From a virus: 64,000 nt of DNA. Where the stretch lies: positions 2,873 to 66,872 of IMG/VR virus record IMGVR_UViG_2920962495_000002; one strand, written 5' to 3'. The notes beneath the pieces were generated by a model, which was not told the origin of the DNA, did no database searches, and saw only the letters and a list, made by a program, of their open reading frames with translations. Shown here piece by piece: positions 63,301 to 64,000 of this stretch; position 1 is the stretch's first letter, and the number at the start of each line of letters is the position of its first letter. The translations under genes were made by a program, and so were the position numbers.

Positions 63301-64000
63301 AAAAACAAGGCTTTGAGATTAACCTTGATAACGGAACCTTTATGGCTAAGGACGATGTTACTGTTAAGCGCAATCACTACTACCCAGGGCAGACCGATTA
63401 CTTTAATGCCGTTACTGATCTCATTAAAAATAGCGGGGTTAAGATTGCAGCAAGCGATAAAGAAGTCGTTGATAATGACCGTATTCTTTATAGCCTGCTA
63501 AAAGAGAATGGCGCCGCTACTTTTGACGCTGTAAAATCCGCTAAAGAGTCGATAACGGCTGAGACTGACCCAGCAAGCTTTGAAGGTATTGCGACCGCTA
63601 TTTTTGACAATCACCTATACGATGACAAGTATATCGATAAAGATATTGGCGACGATGTTAAACTAGCATTAATCAATACTGCCTACAAAGATGCTTCACC
63701 TACCTACATTAGATCGTTTGATGTGATTGAGTATTTTACCGAAGCGTTAAAAAAAGCTGTTATCAGTGAAGCGGCAAGCAAGGCGGCAAAAAATGGTGAT
63801 AGCGTCGAGCAGTTTTCAGAAAATCTAGGTTTGGATGGATCAAAACTGCAAGCGATTTTAGATGGCGGGGCGACTGAGCATAATATCAATGAGTTTGGAC
63901 GTTTTGATGACCTAAAAAGCACGGTAGATAAAGAAAAGGCGAAGGCGTATTTTGAGGCTTTTGAAGGTGGTAGCATTACCGCGCTTAAGGCCAATATGAA
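57348..64000 (+). CDS. darB: DarB-like N6-methyltransferase plus SNF2 helicase, >2200 aa, 3' truncated (absent from ORF track)
   Basis: Hand-translated spot checks all in one frame: VLDPSAGTG (D at 57846), NVPF (58041), GLGKT (59991), DEAH (60462), QRNGRGARQG (about 61875), open at 64000. Full continuity was not checked codon by codon. Confidence 0.88.
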   Translation, partial: MKEKLAILKRLRTALASFKASDNIQSRASTAKDLLSVLKELGAFAKLKTDNTVQSNTGTKDQSSQMVDRSSIAVPEKAAARQKANDAAIELLASIKEQGLTRDDLTDEQLETLAKYTGSGGGLKAKADENGKRLRGSQYEYYTPLDVASALWDLASETGFSGGKVLDPSAGTGVFAATSPESAVIDSIELDETSGAIAQLLNDGERSKTIISPFEAQAKIMANNSLDMIITNVPFGGNKVRGDNPKEDDCYRKESLENYFILRSLEKLKYGGLAVFITPTSVVSGRANDKKKLRKLTSLKADFLGAYRMPTEVFDQTGASVVTDVVIYRKHSSDATDQIMDLYNGGGIDTLAQSKVFWDDYLSGDYFKKAEHKKFILGDETTTINQWGKEIETVKENKKNPKVSKMLKKFGDSRIDWDMLGSAGVEIIDYKNGDVVFQDGKQLEYQDGRWQAIEKEVTSTELEIQKQLASMGSAIDMVMARVTYEQISATFEYSQKTGQAGLIPSDALSMLDRASKSAIADRPAAWNCVLCAQAIREAIELHEYGYDFKNGEPEITDFMKYAFLDGKNAKLSGDAKQDHKFVALYYANGKYNDAWLGNINSEVVDNGAAKSYQSVIARIQYENKSLHITPEQLKQIDPTADPINNDDWFVNHDGSQIIAANDFLVGSLSDRLKDIDKQIELTNNEQIKAKLIKQKSIARDSVARIDVKRLELDLRTPLISAEDKVRFLKQTVHKDAFVAYNAQGRGIADIDIKGSSTKDSLEKKDKDKLYNRIGDWLGKGTVTLGSVKLETMSQREALNWMTEQINTANIKFNSWVKANKNIMSGLEDMMTNEDNLYFTQNADETPIDIAGMNPELSLHGYQNAEVRKQGRFFGGINGFGVGLGKTFTSLASVQHVHNIGVKKKTIFVVPNSVLSNWRKEAAFAYQNTDDCIFVGLREDGEKFRVMSNKYDEDLLSAIDGKYRKIFMTFEAFKRIRLKDSTLGDYADYIKQNDTAFSEKELQKDNEKVNGLTADLIERLTMNSNAPFLEDMRVDSVVIDEAHAFKNSITAPNTDDRIKYLSQPGQSARGEDAQAKLWYVRGSTPNNDGVQLLTATPITNSPLEIYSMLSLASGRDTINKMCGGINGADDFIQIMCQIQEEVMPTIDGGERSQNVFTGIRNANILRTVIGSNAVIKDAQDVGMSVVIPDREEVAVEVNLGEGVTDQLRMFQDAYTIAKQVEKDQLDNELNNPNHPQSPFNPNSPFSIIQKKYGEEVELMAHPFNLIRKMDVMIADSEFSEMATFYDFEKSQEKLAQSVIDKFNKKSYSDSRKRLSPYTNEDNAKAVYTKDGDTKVFKEYKITVEAKIVLHDGRKRIVVDTLNGKTQSRFEDIADKDKLNLDVTTSAKIAAMLENFKTEQAEPRGANADGTTSTIVKQIVFCDHLFLHNKIKKLIAKRAGVPASKIAIITGQINNEPDEMIDIQDGFNAESDDNQYQVIIANKKAEVGINLQRGTQAIHHLTTGWTPDSLEQRNGRGARQGNKTQKVAIYHYDADGTFDEFKRTMIDKKDEWISSVLKDDGKNTIEVTGSISRTEQDALISTMGNKDAMREYQATKDAKEKEVRYNAAVKRQSINMDVVNEQASMMANLSLDKFYEQAVINVVSLIRDNRKLLTKNEKSTAKADTRKKNELLYENSKQIALDQLNDILDSVSVQRYEQAEDWNKTHKYVPVGGIASPDTTADSIYDSIMNDTTEYPPSKTDEWAKTFTNKQVLGSPYSFSNDKLIINEGGIYQAAYDEVKETAEGLINQSVIAANYIAEETGIDGISLPADAGERIARKEAVIVNGVYIQVGSIVIKPQAGDRPDAIYVARMDSGKLTLSKIGKDRFSGSNGVYSISNNTPAGVISSTDKVINKGSGDYLSAIKQMAAFEDNLHLQGALKPLATKYSDMIPEVAEYRDDSIRPVWTMSADFGGSHANIENSPIAIVLPLFVLNAGTPFAKAMLVQYEKQGFEINLDNGTFMAKDDVTVKRNHYYPGQTDYFNAVTDLIKNSGVKIAASDKEVVDNDRILYSLLKENGAATFDAVKSAKESITAETDPASFEGIATAIFDNHLYDDKYIDKDIGDDVKLALINTAYKDASPTYIRSFDVIEYFTEALKKAVISEAASKAAKNGDSVEQFSENLGLDGSKLQAILDGGATEHNINEFGRFDDLKSTVDKEKAKAYFEAFEGGSITALKANM

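Larger units (their letters stand above)
1..64000. mobile_element. Temperate phage/prophage segment: lambdoid early region plus P1-like myovirus late region; truncated at both window ends
   Basis: Continuous phage gene content (cI/cro, O/P-like, terminase, portal, capsid, sheath, baseplate, endolysin, DarA/DarB-like). No host genes or integrase seen. Confidence 0.95.

Noticed and set aside
59300-63994. Short ORFs listed in the track over this region
   Set aside because: They are shadows of the long + strand DarB-like frame, which carries all the recognisable motifs.
1-64000. Integrase, att sites, parAB, cre/lox, cin invertase
   Set aside because: No recombinase or partition motifs were recognised in any ORF. 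They may lie outside the window, so the lifestyle (integrated or plasmid) is not called.

Overview
The whole 64 kb looks like one temperate-phage genome segment. No host housekeeping genes, integrase or att site are visible, and both ends are cut. Composition and gene style suggest a Moraxellaceae (Psychrobacter-like) host, but that is inference. 1-14.6 kb is a lambdoid-type early region: leftward recombination/SSB/HNH genes, a cI/cro switch with GTTCG-N6-CGAAC operators, Rha/KilAC antirepressors, an O-like initiator with internal iterons, a P-like gene, a DNA methyltransferase and an XRE regulator. 14.6-64 kb is a P1-like myovirus late region, all on the + strand: terminase, tape-measure/lytic protein, prohead protease, capsid, sheath, tube, baseplate, portal, lysis cassette, and Hdf/DarA/DarB-like antirestriction proteins. 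The DarB-like ORF (57348 to beyond 64000) is missing from the ORF track because it runs off the end. Most interesting observations: (1) eleven GGAACAC-N26/27-(-10) late promoters, many overlapped by hairpins that would hide the RBS on read-through transcripts; (2) the DarB-like protein ends in a segment resembling the C-terminal domain of type I HsdR subunits; (3) the tail-sheath N-terminal domain appears split off and duplicated onto variable passenger domains; (4) the 9-mer GCTGGCAAG occurs at least 39 times in both orientations; (5) FD[S/A] motifs cluster in the N-termini of head proteins; (6) a Tad2/DUF2829-like sponge, an Mrr-type nuclease, a possible tail-lysozyme inhibitor, a tRNA-like RNA with a broken anticodon arm and a candidate pac site. 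All family assignments come from motif recognition; no database searches were run.
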